Shown: positions 44,998 to 55,166, numbered from the stretch's first letter. The stretch: DNA of 64,000 bases from a virus (IMGVR_UViG_2799112278_000002:20718-84717); one strand, 5' to 3'. Notes: a model not told the origin generated them from the sequence alone. Program-made: numbers and translations.

Positions 44998-45599
44998 ATA
45001 GCTACTTTATGCTTTAAAGACGCTGCCTTTTTTCGAATACGCCACCAAGCATTGTCCTCTGTCTTTTGCCTTAGGTTTAAAGCTGAGCAAATATCCCGTG
45101 GCTGTATTCCCTGGTATCGCAAATCAAGCACTTTACGTTCAAGCGGAGATAGCGACAGTTTCAAATCATGGTAAAAACTTTCAAAGTCCAAATTATGGGC
45201 AACACTTTCAAAAACATTTACATTTGGATCTTTAATAATTTCCATCCATGTAGTTTGCTTCACCGTATCCCCATCAATGGCCGAATCCAAGCGTAAAGCA
45301 CCACTCATTATTTTATTTTTTTGGAAATTTAGCCCCCGTAGATATGAGTTGATTCCAGCCTTTAATGCCATGAATAAGTAGTTTATCGGCTTCATACTTC
45401 GACTAGAATCATATCTCTTTATTGCTGCAGCAACTCGAATGATTCCGGATTGCCTTGCGTCTTCCCACTCATAGGGCGGCAGCCCCATAAAAACAACTGT
45501 ATCCATGCCAAGCTGATAAAACAGTGATAGGATTTCTTCTAGTTTTTCTACGTTACCATCCTTCGCAGCTATGATCGATTCTTTCGATACGACGCTCAC
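44994..45599 (-). CDS. SigH (Spo0H)-like sigma factor
   Basis: AAKDGN....E.I, EDARQSG, RYDSSR, KNKIMSGALRLD, LSPLERKVL, KTEDNA..RIRKK. Confidence 0.75.
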   Translation of the reverse strand: MSVVSKESIIAAKDGNVEKLEEILSLFYQLGMDTVVFMGLPPYEWEDARQSGIIRVAAAIKRYDSSRSMKPINYLFMALKAGINSYLRGLNFQKNKIMSGALRLDSAIDGDTVKQTTWMEIIKDPNVNVFESVAHNLDFESFYHDLKLSLSPLERKVLDLRYQGIQPRDICSALNLRQKTEDNAWWRIRKKAASLKHKVAI

Positions 45600-45934
45600 T
45601 TCTCTTCACCCGCTTCTTCTTCGTCAAACAAACTGACAATTACAGCAGTACCGGCTATCTTGTCACCTGCATTTTTTCTGTTGGAAAACGGGATATTTAG
45701 AAATTCACTTAATTTTTCAACTGCAGCCTCTAATAAATTTCTGTGAAAAACAGGCTTGTACTCATGATTAATTAAATTTTCAGCAGCAAATCCTAACAAT
45801 ACAGAGTACATGCGAACGTCTCTTAATTTGCTTTCAAGTTTTGCTATTCGCTTTTCCGATTGCATATCTGTAATCATCGAACCTAAGAAGGCTCCTACCA
45901 ACAACGAAACCAAAATTTCAATAGCGAATTGCAT
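45596..45934 (-). CDS. Hypothetical protein with N-terminal TM
   Basis: 112-aa ORF. Confidence 0.5.
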   Translation of the reverse strand: MQFAIEILVSLLVGAFLGSMITDMQSEKRIAKLESKLRDVRMYSVLLGFAAENLINHEYKPVFHRNLLEAAVEKLSEFLNIPFSNRKNAGDKIAGTAVIVSLFDEEEAGEEK

Positions 45935-46084
45935 ATTACTTACCTCTCTTTCCTTGTTGATATTTCCCGCATACCGCTATGCAGCCAAGCCCGAGGTCTA
46001 GCAATTGCGGCTCCCTTACGCAGCCATTTAGATTAAACGAACAATCACATTTATCTCCCATAATGCATATAGTTTTCAATTTCA

Positions 46085-46927
46085 TCATCCCCCAGTTTGT
46101 AGTCTTCTGTCCGGACCTTCTAATCTCCAGATGTTTTGATGACTACCACACTTACCCACCATTCTTGATCTTATAGCTGGACCGTGGTTATCACCAAAAC
46201 GATCTTCCATTACACGAAGGTTGGTTATGTCGTGATTGCTTGTAAAAATTGTTGTCTTGTTACTGATAACCCGTTTATCAATAATGTCATATAGTTTCAT
46301 GGGCCACCATTCAGTCTTGCAACCTTGTTTCCCAAAATCTTGAATAATTAAAACTTGAATGGCCTTATACTTTCCCATCAGAGCGTATTCAGTTTCGCCT
46401 GTTTTATCACCAAACGTATCCTGTATTTGAGAAGCCATATCAATCTCTCTACTTACCAAAACAGGTATGCCTTCGTCGATTAGCATATTAGCAATAGCAT
46501 TTGCAGTGTAACTTTTCCCTGTACCATTACCAGTCGGATTTATACTTTGGATATCCTTGGGACTGTAAATATAAATCCATTGTTTTCGATCCCATTCATG
46601 TTGCAGATATTGATACAATCGCCTGGTATACTTGTCCACCATTGCACTGCTAAAAGTCTGCCGAATATCTACTCCTTCCAGACCACTTTTAGCGAGTAAC
46701 GATTCTCTCATTCGAGCAGCCTTACACTCGTTTGTTATATAACGGGTCAATACACCTTTATCAGTTACATCCCGATTATCACAAATACTACAATCTCGAT
46801 TTGGCCAAGGACACACTTCAATCGTCTTCACCTGCACAACGGACACCGAATGGGAGGAAATTTTGGTTACTTGTTTTGCTCTTTCCTGCCACTCGCCCAG
46901 GATTGTGATGTTGCTGATTTTTTCCAC
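46085..46927 (-). CDS. DnaC/IstB-like helicase loader ATPase
   Basis: GNGTGKS Walker A, LIIQDFG, TIFTSN, IRSRM. Confidence 0.85.
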   Translation of the reverse strand: MEKISNITILGEWQERAKQVTKISSHSVSVVQVKTIEVCPWPNRDCSICDNRDVTDKGVLTRYITNECKAARMRESLLAKSGLEGVDIRQTFSSAMVDKYTRRLYQYLQHEWDRKQWIYIYSPKDIQSINPTGNGTGKSYTANAIANMLIDEGIPVLVSREIDMASQIQDTFGDKTGETEYALMGKYKAIQVLIIQDFGKQGCKTEWWPMKLYDIIDKRVISNKTTIFTSNHDITNLRVMEDRFGDNHGPAIRSRMVGKCGSHQNIWRLEGPDRRLQTGG

Positions 46928-47783
46928 AATTCTCCACCTCCCTTGCGGCTATTACTAACTTATTAATCTGACTGATAAAAGCCCCTATTGAGTAACCGCT
47001 ATCCCTAATAAATTTATCTTCACTATTAAAAAAAGTTGTTAGCAACGATCTTGTCTTTTCTTCTCCGTAAGTATTTATCACCTTTTTGAGCAAGGCGCCA
47101 TCTTTACCACCATTAATAAAGGGCTTCTCTTCAAACTTCTCAAAAAATAAATCATGATAATGATCCATCACAGTATGTTTCTTTATTCTTTTACTTTCTT
47201 TATTACTTTCTTGTATGTGTTCACTAGGTGAACCGGTTAGTGAACTGGTAGGTGAACCGGTAGATGAACAGCCGACATACGTTGAACTGGCATCACTCAC
47301 AGACTCTTCAAGGCTTTGCAAGTTTTTTTCTGCATGTAGCGGTTCATTTAATGAACTGGTTACTAAACTGGTAGGCGGTTCATTAAATGAACTGGTTAAC
47401 TGGTCGTTTATTCCTACCGGTTCACTAAATGAACTGGTATCTTTTAGTTGATAAGCCCCATAATTTTTCACTTTCACTTTCATACCAACCCCTTCCGTAA
47501 CAATGCGCCTAATATATCCTCCATGCTCTAGCAAATTTAGCATTTTTGCCACAGTAGCCTTACTGAGAACATTTCCATCTCCCTCTGCGCAATCAGTTTG
47601 AATGTCTGAATAACTAACCCAACATTCGCCAATCCCTAATTTCCATTTTGTATCTGGAAATCGGTTTGCTTTTAACAATAAATAAATGAATATCTTAAAA
47701 GCAATATGCGGTAAGGAGAAATGACCGTTGTGTAAGAGCTTGCGGTATAGCAGTATGTAGGTATCATCATATCCACAAGCCAT
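46818..47783 (-). CDS. Replication initiator
   Basis: N-terminal winged-helix-like region, internal SS(L/F)NEP repeats, upstream of the loader. Confidence 0.8.
   Translation of the reverse strand: MACGYDDTYILLYRKLLHNGHFSLPHIAFKIFIYLLLKANRFPDTKWKLGIGECWVSYSDIQTDCAEGDGNVLSKATVAKMLNLLEHGGYIRRIVTEGVGMKVKVKNYGAYQLKDTSSFSEPVGINDQLTSSFNEPPTSLVTSSLNEPLHAEKNLQSLEESVSDASSTYVGCSSTGSPTSSLTGSPSEHIQESNKESKRIKKHTVMDHYHDLFFEKFEEKPFINGGKDGALLKKVINTYGEEKTRSLLTTFFNSEDKFIRDSGYSIGAFISQINKLVIAAREVENCGKNQQHHNPGRVAGKSKTSNQNFLPFGVRCAGEDD
47170..47440. other. Putative replication origin (iterons plus AT-rich tract)
   Basis: GGTTCA(T/C)T(T/A)AATGAACTGGT at 47341, 47377, 47419; GTGAAC(C/T)GGT at 47228, 47240, 47252 (12-bp period); T-rich tract ~47177-47215. 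Confidence 0.75.
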
Positions 47784-47794
47784 AGTCCCCCTCC

Positions 47795-48043
47795 TTAACC
47801 GCTTGTTCTACTTCGTTGCCGTCGTTCTAAAAAAGCGTACTTCATTGCATAGTGTTTATGATACAATCGCTCAAAAGTCGCCTGATCTACCAGGTGATTA
47901 TTTTGACCAGCAATATCCCGTATTGCTTGCCACAACACTTGTTCTTTTTCAGCTTTGTCAGCAACATTACAAGCAGGACTCCGCAATGAGGTAATGATAT
48001 TTTTTATCTCTGCAACTAAAAATGCATCATCGACAATTACCAT
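47795..48043 (-). CDS. Hypothetical protein
   Basis: 82-aa ORF. Confidence 0.5.
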   Translation of the reverse strand: MVIVDDAFLVAEIKNIITSLRSPACNVADKAEKEQVLWQAIRDIAGQNNHLVDQATFERLYHKHYAMKYAFLERRQRSRTSG

Positions 48044-50542
48044 TTAGCTCACCTCAATAAAATCAAATAGTGTCGGTTCTTCTCTTTCTGCCTCTGCGAC
48101 TTTTAAATAGCCTAACCCATCCCTAAAATAATCCGAATTGAGTTCGCACGCTCGCCCATAACGGCCTTTTTTTATGGCCACCAAAGGGACTGTCATTAAC
48201 CCACCAAAGGGATCGTAGGCAACCTCACCAGGATTGCTATAGCGGTTTATAATCCGCTCCACAATATCAATCTGCAATGGGCATACGTGCATCTGTTGTC
48301 GTTTTCTACTTTGAGAAGTATTAAGAGTCTTCATTCGGTTAATATCATCCCAGACTTCATCAGTCCATGATCCAGGGGCAACTACCATAAAGGATGCAGG
48401 TAGCTTGCCGTTTTCATCTAAACGCTTGGCCAACTCAACATGCTGCTCATAATTGTAAGCATATTCTTTCGAATATTTCCGGTAGACAGCTTGTAAATTT
48501 TCAACCGGGATAGAGGCAAGCTCATCTTTACTCAAAAGACGATTACCACTGGATCGCCAAAACGCATGCGCATCTATCTGCCACTGAGCCCGGGTATACT
48601 CTCCCTTTGTTTTAGCCACCGGCACATCTGCATACGCCTTACCTGTATCAGTTGGCAGCTTCCGAAATAATAAGATATATTCAGGGCAACCAACACCCAT
48701 TTTAGTTCCGTCCTTGCATTGTTCTGTCCAGCCCAAACGATAGGTTTGATTATTCTCCCTAACTACGTCTGTAACCACTGTAATCATGCCAAAATAGTGA
48801 AAACCGTGCTTCATATAGTGATCGATACATAAAGCGTGAAATGGTTCAATTGTGGGCATTCCGGTGCCAGTAGCGTTACCGAACAACACTCGATCTTTTA
48901 CATGGCAGGCAAATACTCTACCTGGCCGCAGCACTCTTAATAAATTGGGAGAAAGGTAATCCATTTGTTCAAAGAATTTTTCCGTACTTTGATTATGACC
49001 AAAATCATTGTAACTAGGCGTATACTCGTAATGATTGCTAAACGGAATCGAAGTAACAATCAGATCGATACTATCTGATTCCATTTGTGCCGTCTCTAAA
49101 ATGCAATCATTGTTTGCTATCGTAAAGTGTTTTCCACTTACCTCCACACGCTCAACTCCTATTGTCCTTGCCATTTTTTCTGCCATTGAGGTACTTGAAA
49201 GGCCGTGCTTCTTGATTATCTCAACCATTTTTTCAAGCATATGATCATGCTGCTTCCATTTCTCCATGAGCGCCTTTAATATTTGTTGCTCACTTTCGGT
49301 GCAAATGATATCAATAATCACTTCGTTAACTTGCAAGTACCTGTAAATACGGTGTATAGCTTGAATGAAATCATTAAACTCATAATCAATGCCCAAGAAG
49401 ACTGCTCTGTGGCAGAACTTTTGGAAGTTACAGCCTTGACCGCTTATCTCTTTTTTTGTCGCTAAATACTGAGTACGACCTTCAGAAAAATCAATTACGT
49501 GCTGCTCACGGAGCTCATACTCTTGGCTACCGTATATCTCCACTACCTCAGGTAGCGCTTTTTTTATTGCATGCCGCTCTGCTTCCAGATCATGCCACAA
49601 GATAAAGTGATCATCCGGACTTGCCTTGATTATTTCGATCATCTTTTCAACTCTGGAATCAATACTATCCCGTTTTTCTTTTGCCGCATCAGCCAGAGAT
49701 ATTGCAGCATCCCGAATTAGTTTCACTTGCCCGTCCCGGTCCACACCAGCCGTTGAGTTATCTACCTGTACCATGTGGTAGTTAATTTTCAGTTGAGGCA
49801 ATGTATATCCGGTATCATCAAACCCTAAGTCAGAAGGATGAGTGATAAATAACGCCCAGCTGCTCATCCAAAGCCAAAATTCATTTTCCTTATGAGGATA
49901 TAATGTTAGGTTATTGGCCTTTGTAGAATCCCTCTGGAAGAAACGAGTAAGAGCTTGTCCGGTATCCATAATCTCCAAATAACCGGCATAATGAATCAGT
50001 TCCTTATACTTATTTGGTGAAGGCGTTGCCGTGCTCACCAGCTTATAAGGCACTCCCCTGAACTTATCTAAGAAGGTTTGATATGTTTTACTACCATAAC
50101 TCCTTAGACATGAAGCTTCATCAAGGCTTGCCGCGGTAAAATACAGAGGGTCTATATCGCCATCCCGTACCCGCTCATAATTAGTGATGATAATATCCGT
50201 CTTAGCTGCCTCAGCCTCTGCCATTGTACGGCAGTATGCAGGCTTTTCCATTCCCAACAACTCAACTGCGTCCCGGGTAAATTCTTGCTTCACACCAAGC
50301 GGCAGTACAATTAATGCCTTACCGCCTTCCCGCGCAATGACAAGCCTAGACCATTCCAATTCCTGCACAGTCTTACCTAATCCAAATGCCTCAAATAGAG
50401 CTCTTCTACCACCTTTAACAGCCCACTTCACAGCTGCCCTTTGATGAGGCTTCAAAGCAGGATGTATATCGTTTTCATTAACCATAAAACCGGTATCTTC
50501 AGCGAGAATAATTTTATTAGCTAAAAAATCGTTATAGTCCAA
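48044..50542 (-). CDS. SNF2-like helicase fused to N4/N6 amino-methyltransferase
   Basis: EAFGLGKT, LDEAS, STATP helicase motifs; VTSIPF and DPFGGLMT methyltransferase motifs. Confidence 0.85.
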   Translation of the reverse strand: MDYNDFLANKIILAEDTGFMVNENDIHPALKPHQRAAVKWAVKGGRRALFEAFGLGKTVQELEWSRLVIAREGGKALIVLPLGVKQEFTRDAVELLGMEKPAYCRTMAEAEAAKTDIIITNYERVRDGDIDPLYFTAASLDEASCLRSYGSKTYQTFLDKFRGVPYKLVSTATPSPNKYKELIHYAGYLEIMDTGQALTRFFQRDSTKANNLTLYPHKENEFWLWMSSWALFITHPSDLGFDDTGYTLPQLKINYHMVQVDNSTAGVDRDGQVKLIRDAAISLADAAKEKRDSIDSRVEKMIEIIKASPDDHFILWHDLEAERHAIKKALPEVVEIYGSQEYELREQHVIDFSEGRTQYLATKKEISGQGCNFQKFCHRAVFLGIDYEFNDFIQAIHRIYRYLQVNEVIIDIICTESEQQILKALMEKWKQHDHMLEKMVEIIKKHGLSSTSMAEKMARTIGVERVEVSGKHFTIANNDCILETAQMESDSIDLIVTSIPFSNHYEYTPSYNDFGHNQSTEKFFEQMDYLSPNLLRVLRPGRVFACHVKDRVLFGNATGTGMPTIEPFHALCIDHYMKHGFHYFGMITVVTDVVRENNQTYRLGWTEQCKDGTKMGVGCPEYILLFRKLPTDTGKAYADVPVAKTKGEYTRAQWQIDAHAFWRSSGNRLLSKDELASIPVENLQAVYRKYSKEYAYNYEQHVELAKRLDENGKLPASFMVVAPGSWTDEVWDDINRMKTLNTSQSRKRQQMHVCPLQIDIVERIINRYSNPGEVAYDPFGGLMTVPLVAIKKGRYGRACELNSDYFRDGLGYLKVAEAEREEPTLFDFIEVS

Positions 50543-50553
50543 TCTCCATCCTC

Positions 50554-50856
50554 CTATGGTAAGGATTTTTCTCCACTTAACAAGTAACTTAATGCCTCTT
50601 TTTGATAGGATCTTAAACGAATCTCTGACTTACTTTTGGAACTCTTCCTCCCGCAGCCAGGCCGCTTACCACCATGCCCACTGCCACCATTGCATGTATA
50701 ACCCATGATTTTTAAGCGATCCTCGATAGTAGATGTTGCACAACCGATCTTTTGTCCAATTGCTTTCGCGGTTAAGCCATCTTTTTGTAGCTTATGAATC
50801 ATTTCCAACTCTTCTTTTGCCAAAGTCATAAGATCACTCCTTAAATTCGCCTTCAT
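50554..50856 (-). CDS. HTH protein
   Basis: GLTAKAIGQKIGCATSTI; HGGKRPGCGRK. Confidence 0.55.
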   Translation of the reverse strand: MKANLRSDLMTLAKEELEMIHKLQKDGLTAKAIGQKIGCATSTIEDRLKIMGYTCNGGSGHGGKRPGCGRKSSKSKSEIRLRSYQKEALSYLLSGEKSLP

Positions 50857-51073
50857 GGAGCAAATATTCTATTTGGCGTTTCTGTATCGTTCCCGGATGC
50901 GTCCGATCCTCAATTAGTTGTCTGAGCCGAACAATTTCCTGTTTTAGTTGTTTCCTATCATCCTGCAACTTCTCAATATCTATGGTGTTGTAACATATCA
51001 GAGATCCAAAGAATAATGCAATCAAAAGCGCAGCAAGGCTTGCTAAAAATTCACTTTGCCGTTTAGTCAGCAT
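50834..51073 (-). CDS. Small TM/coiled-coil protein
   Basis: N-terminal hydrophobic helix. Confidence 0.5.
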   Translation of the reverse strand: MLTKRQSEFLASLAALLIALFFGSLICYNTIDIEKLQDDRKQLKQEIVRLRQLIEDRTHPGTIQKRQIEYLLHEGEFKE

Positions 51074-51944
51074 AACTTATGTCCCCCGGATATTCATCAT
51101 GTATAACTCCATCTAGTGACCTGCCGGCAGCTTTTTTACCTACACGGTAGACAGGGCAAGCACAATTGGCTTCCGCTTCAACATCAGCGCGAGGGAACCG
51201 ACGAATATTGTTAATCCAATCCTCATCATATCCAGCGGTAGGTTTATTGACAGCTTGTGGCGGCACCCACTCACCCCACTGTTTAAACAGGAACGGCACT
51301 CCTGATTCTCGGCACTGATCACGTAATCCACGTACCCAATCAGGATGAATCGGCCGCGCGCCGGGGCCGCTCTCGCCTCCGCAAATAACCCAGTCAAGAC
51401 CTACTTTTTTCCAGTACTTACAAAGCGGCCATTTTAAATATCTACTCACATTAATTGGCCCCAGTATAGGCTCCACACTTATAAATCTTTTAGCTGCCGG
51501 AATCTCCAAGAGCAACGGAATCCGTTCTTCAGCAGTTTGTTGATTCTCCGTTGTGACACCAAGCCAAACATTCATCAATGGCTGTTTATCACGGTAATAA
51601 GCATCGAAAAATTCCTTCATCCGCTCCGGACGCTTAGTAAGTACTATAAAGATGTGTTGAGGCGCTTTTGTAATCGTCACAAAAACTTCTCTTATAAAGT
51701 CAAACGACACAAGGCCATGAAATAAATCTGACATGCTGCAAACAAATATCTTATTCGGTTTCTTCCAGTTAAGAGGCTGATTTAATCGACTGTCGTGAAT
51801 CATTATCTCGCTAAAATTACGATCAGGGTAAAACCTATTAGTCACACGCTCAGCATAGCAATTTAAACATCCTTCACTGACTTTCGTGCATCCAGTAACG
51901 GTATTCCATGTCTTATCAGCCCACTCGATTTTTGTCTTAGACAC
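51063..51944 (-). CDS. Gp37/Gp68 (DUF5131) family protein
   Basis: TKIEWADKTWN.VTGCTKVSEGC.NCYA, FVCSMSDLFH, LTKRP, WVICGGESG. Confidence 0.9.
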   Translation of the reverse strand: MSKTKIEWADKTWNTVTGCTKVSEGCLNCYAERVTNRFYPDRNFSEIMIHDSRLNQPLNWKKPNKIFVCSMSDLFHGLVSFDFIREVFVTITKAPQHIFIVLTKRPERMKEFFDAYYRDKQPLMNVWLGVTTENQQTAEERIPLLLEIPAAKRFISVEPILGPINVSRYLKWPLCKYWKKVGLDWVICGGESGPGARPIHPDWVRGLRDQCRESGVPFLFKQWGEWVPPQAVNKPTAGYDEDWINNIRRFPRADVEAEANCACPVYRVGKKAAGRSLDGVIHDEYPGDISYAD

Positions 51945-51955
51945 ATTCTCACTTC

Positions 51956-52282
51956 CTAATCAACTTTATAAAACACACTTGCATCCCAGCCATTGCCTTT
52001 TAAACTTTTTTCCATTGCCGTAACTGTCCTGGTTCGTCCATTTCCCTGTCCACCGGTAGGACCCGAAACAAAGTAACAAGGTCCCAACCAGTCACTTTTA
52101 CCCCGGCAATGTAGTCCAGCCGCCTTGATAGCTTTTAGGACAAGCTTTTCTCTTCCCTTTGGTACGCGCAGCACCAATGTATCCAGATTACAAGAACCGC
52201 CATCGTCTCCTGGCATTGCATCTATTGCCGCTAACCTGGCTTTGTCCAAATCCCTTTGAAGCTTTTTATAATCAACCGCCAT
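51956..52282 (-). CDS. Hypothetical protein
   Basis: DDGGSCNLD motif; start reassigned to 52282. Confidence 0.55.
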   Translation of the reverse strand: MAVDYKKLQRDLDKARLAAIDAMPGDDGGSCNLDTLVLRVPKGREKLVLKAIKAAGLHCRGKSDWLGPCYFVSGPTGGQGNGRTRTVTAMEKSLKGNGWDASVFYKVD

Positions 52283-52283
52283 T

Positions 52284-52547
52284 CTAATCCACCACCTTAA
52301 CCAGATTGATTGACGGTGCATAGTAGTCATAAGAACCGCTTTTACGCCTTACTGAAACTAAAACGCGATCAAATGCCATATTGACGTACTGAAATTTCAT
52401 ACGGCAGCGCGGAGCACCAGGAGGAATATATTTACTGGCATCATCCAGTTTGGGGATGATTGCTATTACATCCCCTTCTTTTGTTTTTGCATATCCTCCA
52501 GCCTGGCTTGTCCATCTTACATAATCACCTACGCGAATTATCTGCAT
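52284..52547 (-). CDS. Hypothetical protein (SH3-like)
   Basis: VGDYVRWTSQAGG..K.K.G.V motif. Confidence 0.55.
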   Translation of the reverse strand: MQIIRVGDYVRWTSQAGGYAKTKEGDVIAIIPKLDDASKYIPPGAPRCRMKFQYVNMAFDRVLVSVRRKSGSYDYYAPSINLVKVVD

Positions 52548-52550
52548 CGT

Positions 52551-52907
52551 TTATTCCTCCACTTTTATCCAATAGTTGATTTCAAGGTTATCGCCCGGAT
52601 AAATAAAGTAATAGGGAGCTCTATTTTTAAACACCGTTTCGTAATTTCTTTCAATGATTCCGTGATAAAACTCACGTATGTCCCGCTTGCCATATGTGTT
52701 CTTGGCTATGTACCGGTCAGCAATACTCCAAAGGGTATCTCCCTTTTCCACTGTATAAACTTCAGTTACCTGAATTGCTTTGGCAGAATTGCCGCAGGAT
52801 AGGGGCGAGACGGCAACAAGGATAAGTAATGCCAACCAAAGCCAATTGGCCGACTTACGGGAAGCTGGCGTGATTCTACGGCACATTTTAATCGGCAACC
52901 CACTCAT
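52551..52907 (-). CDS. TM + LysM protein (YneA-like)
   Basis: Hydrophobic helix, YTVEKGDTLWSIA, IYPGD.L.I. Confidence 0.8.
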   Translation of the reverse strand: MSGLPIKMCRRITPASRKSANWLWLALLILVAVSPLSCGNSAKAIQVTEVYTVEKGDTLWSIADRYIAKNTYGKRDIREFYHGIIERNYETVFKNRAPYYFIYPGDNLEINYWIKVEE

Positions 52908-53128
52908 GCTTTTACCGCCCTTTGCATTTCTTTCATCAAAAACGGCCACTTCCACCAACGTACATTGTTGCAAGTATGCGGCTTCGCAGTATCAATAACT
53001 GCCTCTTTTGCGGCTAACTCACCCATTGCATTGCCACGGTATTTACAAAACTTTGAGCAGCCAAGGCAACCAGGGATAGGAAACAGTTTAGCTACTTTTC
53101 TTTTCATATTTTTCACTCTCCAATGCAT
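52904..53128 (-). CDS. Cys-rich hypothetical protein
   Basis: CLGCSKFC motif. Confidence 0.45.
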   Translation of the reverse strand: MHWRVKNMKRKVAKLFPIPGCLGCSKFCKYRGNAMGELAAKEAVIDTAKPHTCNNVRWWKWPFLMKEMQRAVKA

Positions 53129-53195
53129 ATTATGAATAACAGCTGCGTAAACTACATATCAGGAGAAGTCTACGCATTTTTTAAAATTTTGCTCA

Positions 53196-54308
53196 TCAAA
53201 AGCTAGTTCTAACCGGAGTGATAATATGCATAAAATCATTTTTATTTTTGGAAGCAATACAAGCAGGTGATGTTGGAGTATTAAAAGACAGTGTTATCAT
53301 GTCTTCGTTTATAATTTTTAGTGCATCTTGAAGATAAACGACATTAAACGAAATCCCTTGCAATGTTGGCCCTGCCTCATATCCCACAGGTATCGTTTCC
53401 GTTACCTGGCCGATATCCGGATGTTTACCTGATAACTTCAGGTTTTCCTGACCAAACTCAATATTTATAATGCTGTAGTCGTAGCCCTTAACTATGCCGG
53501 TAATCCTCGTTACTGCTTGCAACAGTTGGATGCGGGATACTTCAATAGCAGTAGAAAAATTTTGAGGTATTATCTTTTGCCAATCGGGGTACTTACCGCA
53601 ATTTACGGTATGCAAAATGATTTTCTTATCACCAATTACAGCAATAGACTCATTCCATCTCAAATGTACAAATGATTCATCCTCAATAAATGTAGAAACG
53701 TGTTTTAATAGACTTTTGGGTATAACCACTCGCCCTTGACATTGCGGCTTTATAACCGGATTTATAGTTTTACGCGCAAGACGATGAGTATTTGTAGCTA
53801 CCGCAGTCGCAGATTCTCCGTCAAATTCAAACAATACCCCTAGAAATATAGGCCGTGAATTATCTGTAGCTGCAGCGTAGTCTACATTTTTTAGCAAACA
53901 TTTAAGCTCTTTACCGGTCAAAACAGCAAGGTTTTCGTCCGGTATTTTATGTTGCTTATACTCTGCACCGTCATTTGTATAAAGACTATACTGTATTAAT
54001 CCGGAATTAATTTGCAGCTGCTTATTGTCTAAAGACAGTGCTAAGGACCCTTCCGGCAATGATCTTGCAGCAGTTTGAAGTGTTGAGCCTTGAATAAATA
54101 CATTCCCTCCAAATTCAACATAGCTATGATTATTGTCAATTACATAGAAAATCGCATCTTGAAAGTTAGTAGCACTAAGCTCAACTGCATTTTTTTCATA
54201 AGATGTTGTAATACGCACTCCTGCATGTTGTGGAGACTTTTTACTAATGACCTTACTTATTGCTTTAAGGCCCGTTAAGAAATTTTCCTGACTTACTAAA
54301 AACTTCAT
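53196..54308 (-). CDS. dnaN: DNA polymerase III beta sliding clamp homolog
   Basis: ATN, SRPIFLGV, VATNTHRLA, G.YPDW, ISFN..YL.DAL, IITPVR. Confidence 0.9.
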   Translation of the reverse strand: MKFLVSQENFLTGLKAISKVISKKSPQHAGVRITTSYEKNAVELSATNFQDAIFYVIDNNHSYVEFGGNVFIQGSTLQTAARSLPEGSLALSLDNKQLQINSGLIQYSLYTNDGAEYKQHKIPDENLAVLTGKELKCLLKNVDYAAATDNSRPIFLGVLFEFDGESATAVATNTHRLARKTINPVIKPQCQGRVVIPKSLLKHVSTFIEDESFVHLRWNESIAVIGDKKIILHTVNCGKYPDWQKIIPQNFSTAIEVSRIQLLQAVTRITGIVKGYDYSIINIEFGQENLKLSGKHPDIGQVTETIPVGYEAGPTLQGISFNVVYLQDALKIINEDMITLSFNTPTSPACIASKNKNDFMHIITPVRTSF

Positions 54309-54422
54309 TTCTTCTCCCCCATTCATTGCTATTTTATTCTACTTTATTGTCATTTTTGGCAATATCATTAATAGAAAATACCGTCGTCTTAATAATATTT
54401 GCGCAACAGCGAGTTAAAGCGA

Positions 54423-55166
54423 TTATCCGTATGTTACCTCAGGTTCCTTATCTGGAGTAACATCCTCACATTCGCTGTCAGTATCAAGAATTATCTTTGT
54501 TTGCGCTTGATCCAATCGCATAAGCAGTATTTCAAAGTCGTTCACACGCCGCAACGATTTAATATCTTTTATATAATCGTAAGACATTGACCATTCATTT
54601 TCCTTGTCTCTATTGTAGTGATGCAATCTAATTGCAAAATTCATTTCGTTATCATGCTCACACTCAAAAGTCAATGTTGCATACTGAAAAGGACTCCATT
54701 CTCTTTCGTCATCATAACTTACAGCTAATGTGACTTCTACAGATTCGTAAGATACACTGTCTTCACATATAACATCCAAGCCTTGCGTTGCTACTCCCTT
54801 TGCTACATACTTGCACCAAGCCTCAAATATCTCAGATGCTTTAATTGAATCTCTATCTATCGGCAACATTAGTTCTTTAAAGTTTTGCAACACAGTTTTA
54901 TTGTCAGCTGATACCTCTTTTAGCACATCTACTAAAACTCCATCCAGCTTAACAATATACCTGCCGTAATCATATTTCTCCAAGTAGGGAACCATTACGG
55001 ATGTGATTTGTTTTTCAATAACTTTCGTTACGACCCCACATCTACCAAACAAGCTATCTAAAGCGTTAATTATACCTTTTTGCAATTGCTCTTCGACCAT
55101 CTTCTCGACAGTGCCATCCTCTAACTTCTTTGCAATTACATCCTTAATGCTGCTTTCTAATGTCAT
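54423..55166 (-). CDS. Conserved phage hypothetical protein
   Basis: 247-aa ORF. Confidence 0.6.
   Translation of the reverse strand: MTLESSIKDVIAKKLEDGTVEKMVEEQLQKGIINALDSLFGRCGVVTKVIEKQITSVMVPYLEKYDYGRYIVKLDGVLVDVLKEVSADNKTVLQNFKELMLPIDRDSIKASEIFEAWCKYVAKGVATQGLDVICEDSVSYESVEVTLAVSYDDEREWSPFQYATLTFECEHDNEMNFAIRLHHYNRDKENEWSMSYDYIKDIKSLRRVNDFEILLMRLDQAQTKIILDTDSECEDVTPDKEPEVTYG

Noticed and set aside
45935-46088. Possible small ORF or frameshifted remnant after the loader gene
   Set aside because: Only 23 codons and no recognisable motif
47228-47438. CRISPR-like repeats
   Set aside because: Inside the initiator ORF with short irregular spacers; these are iterons
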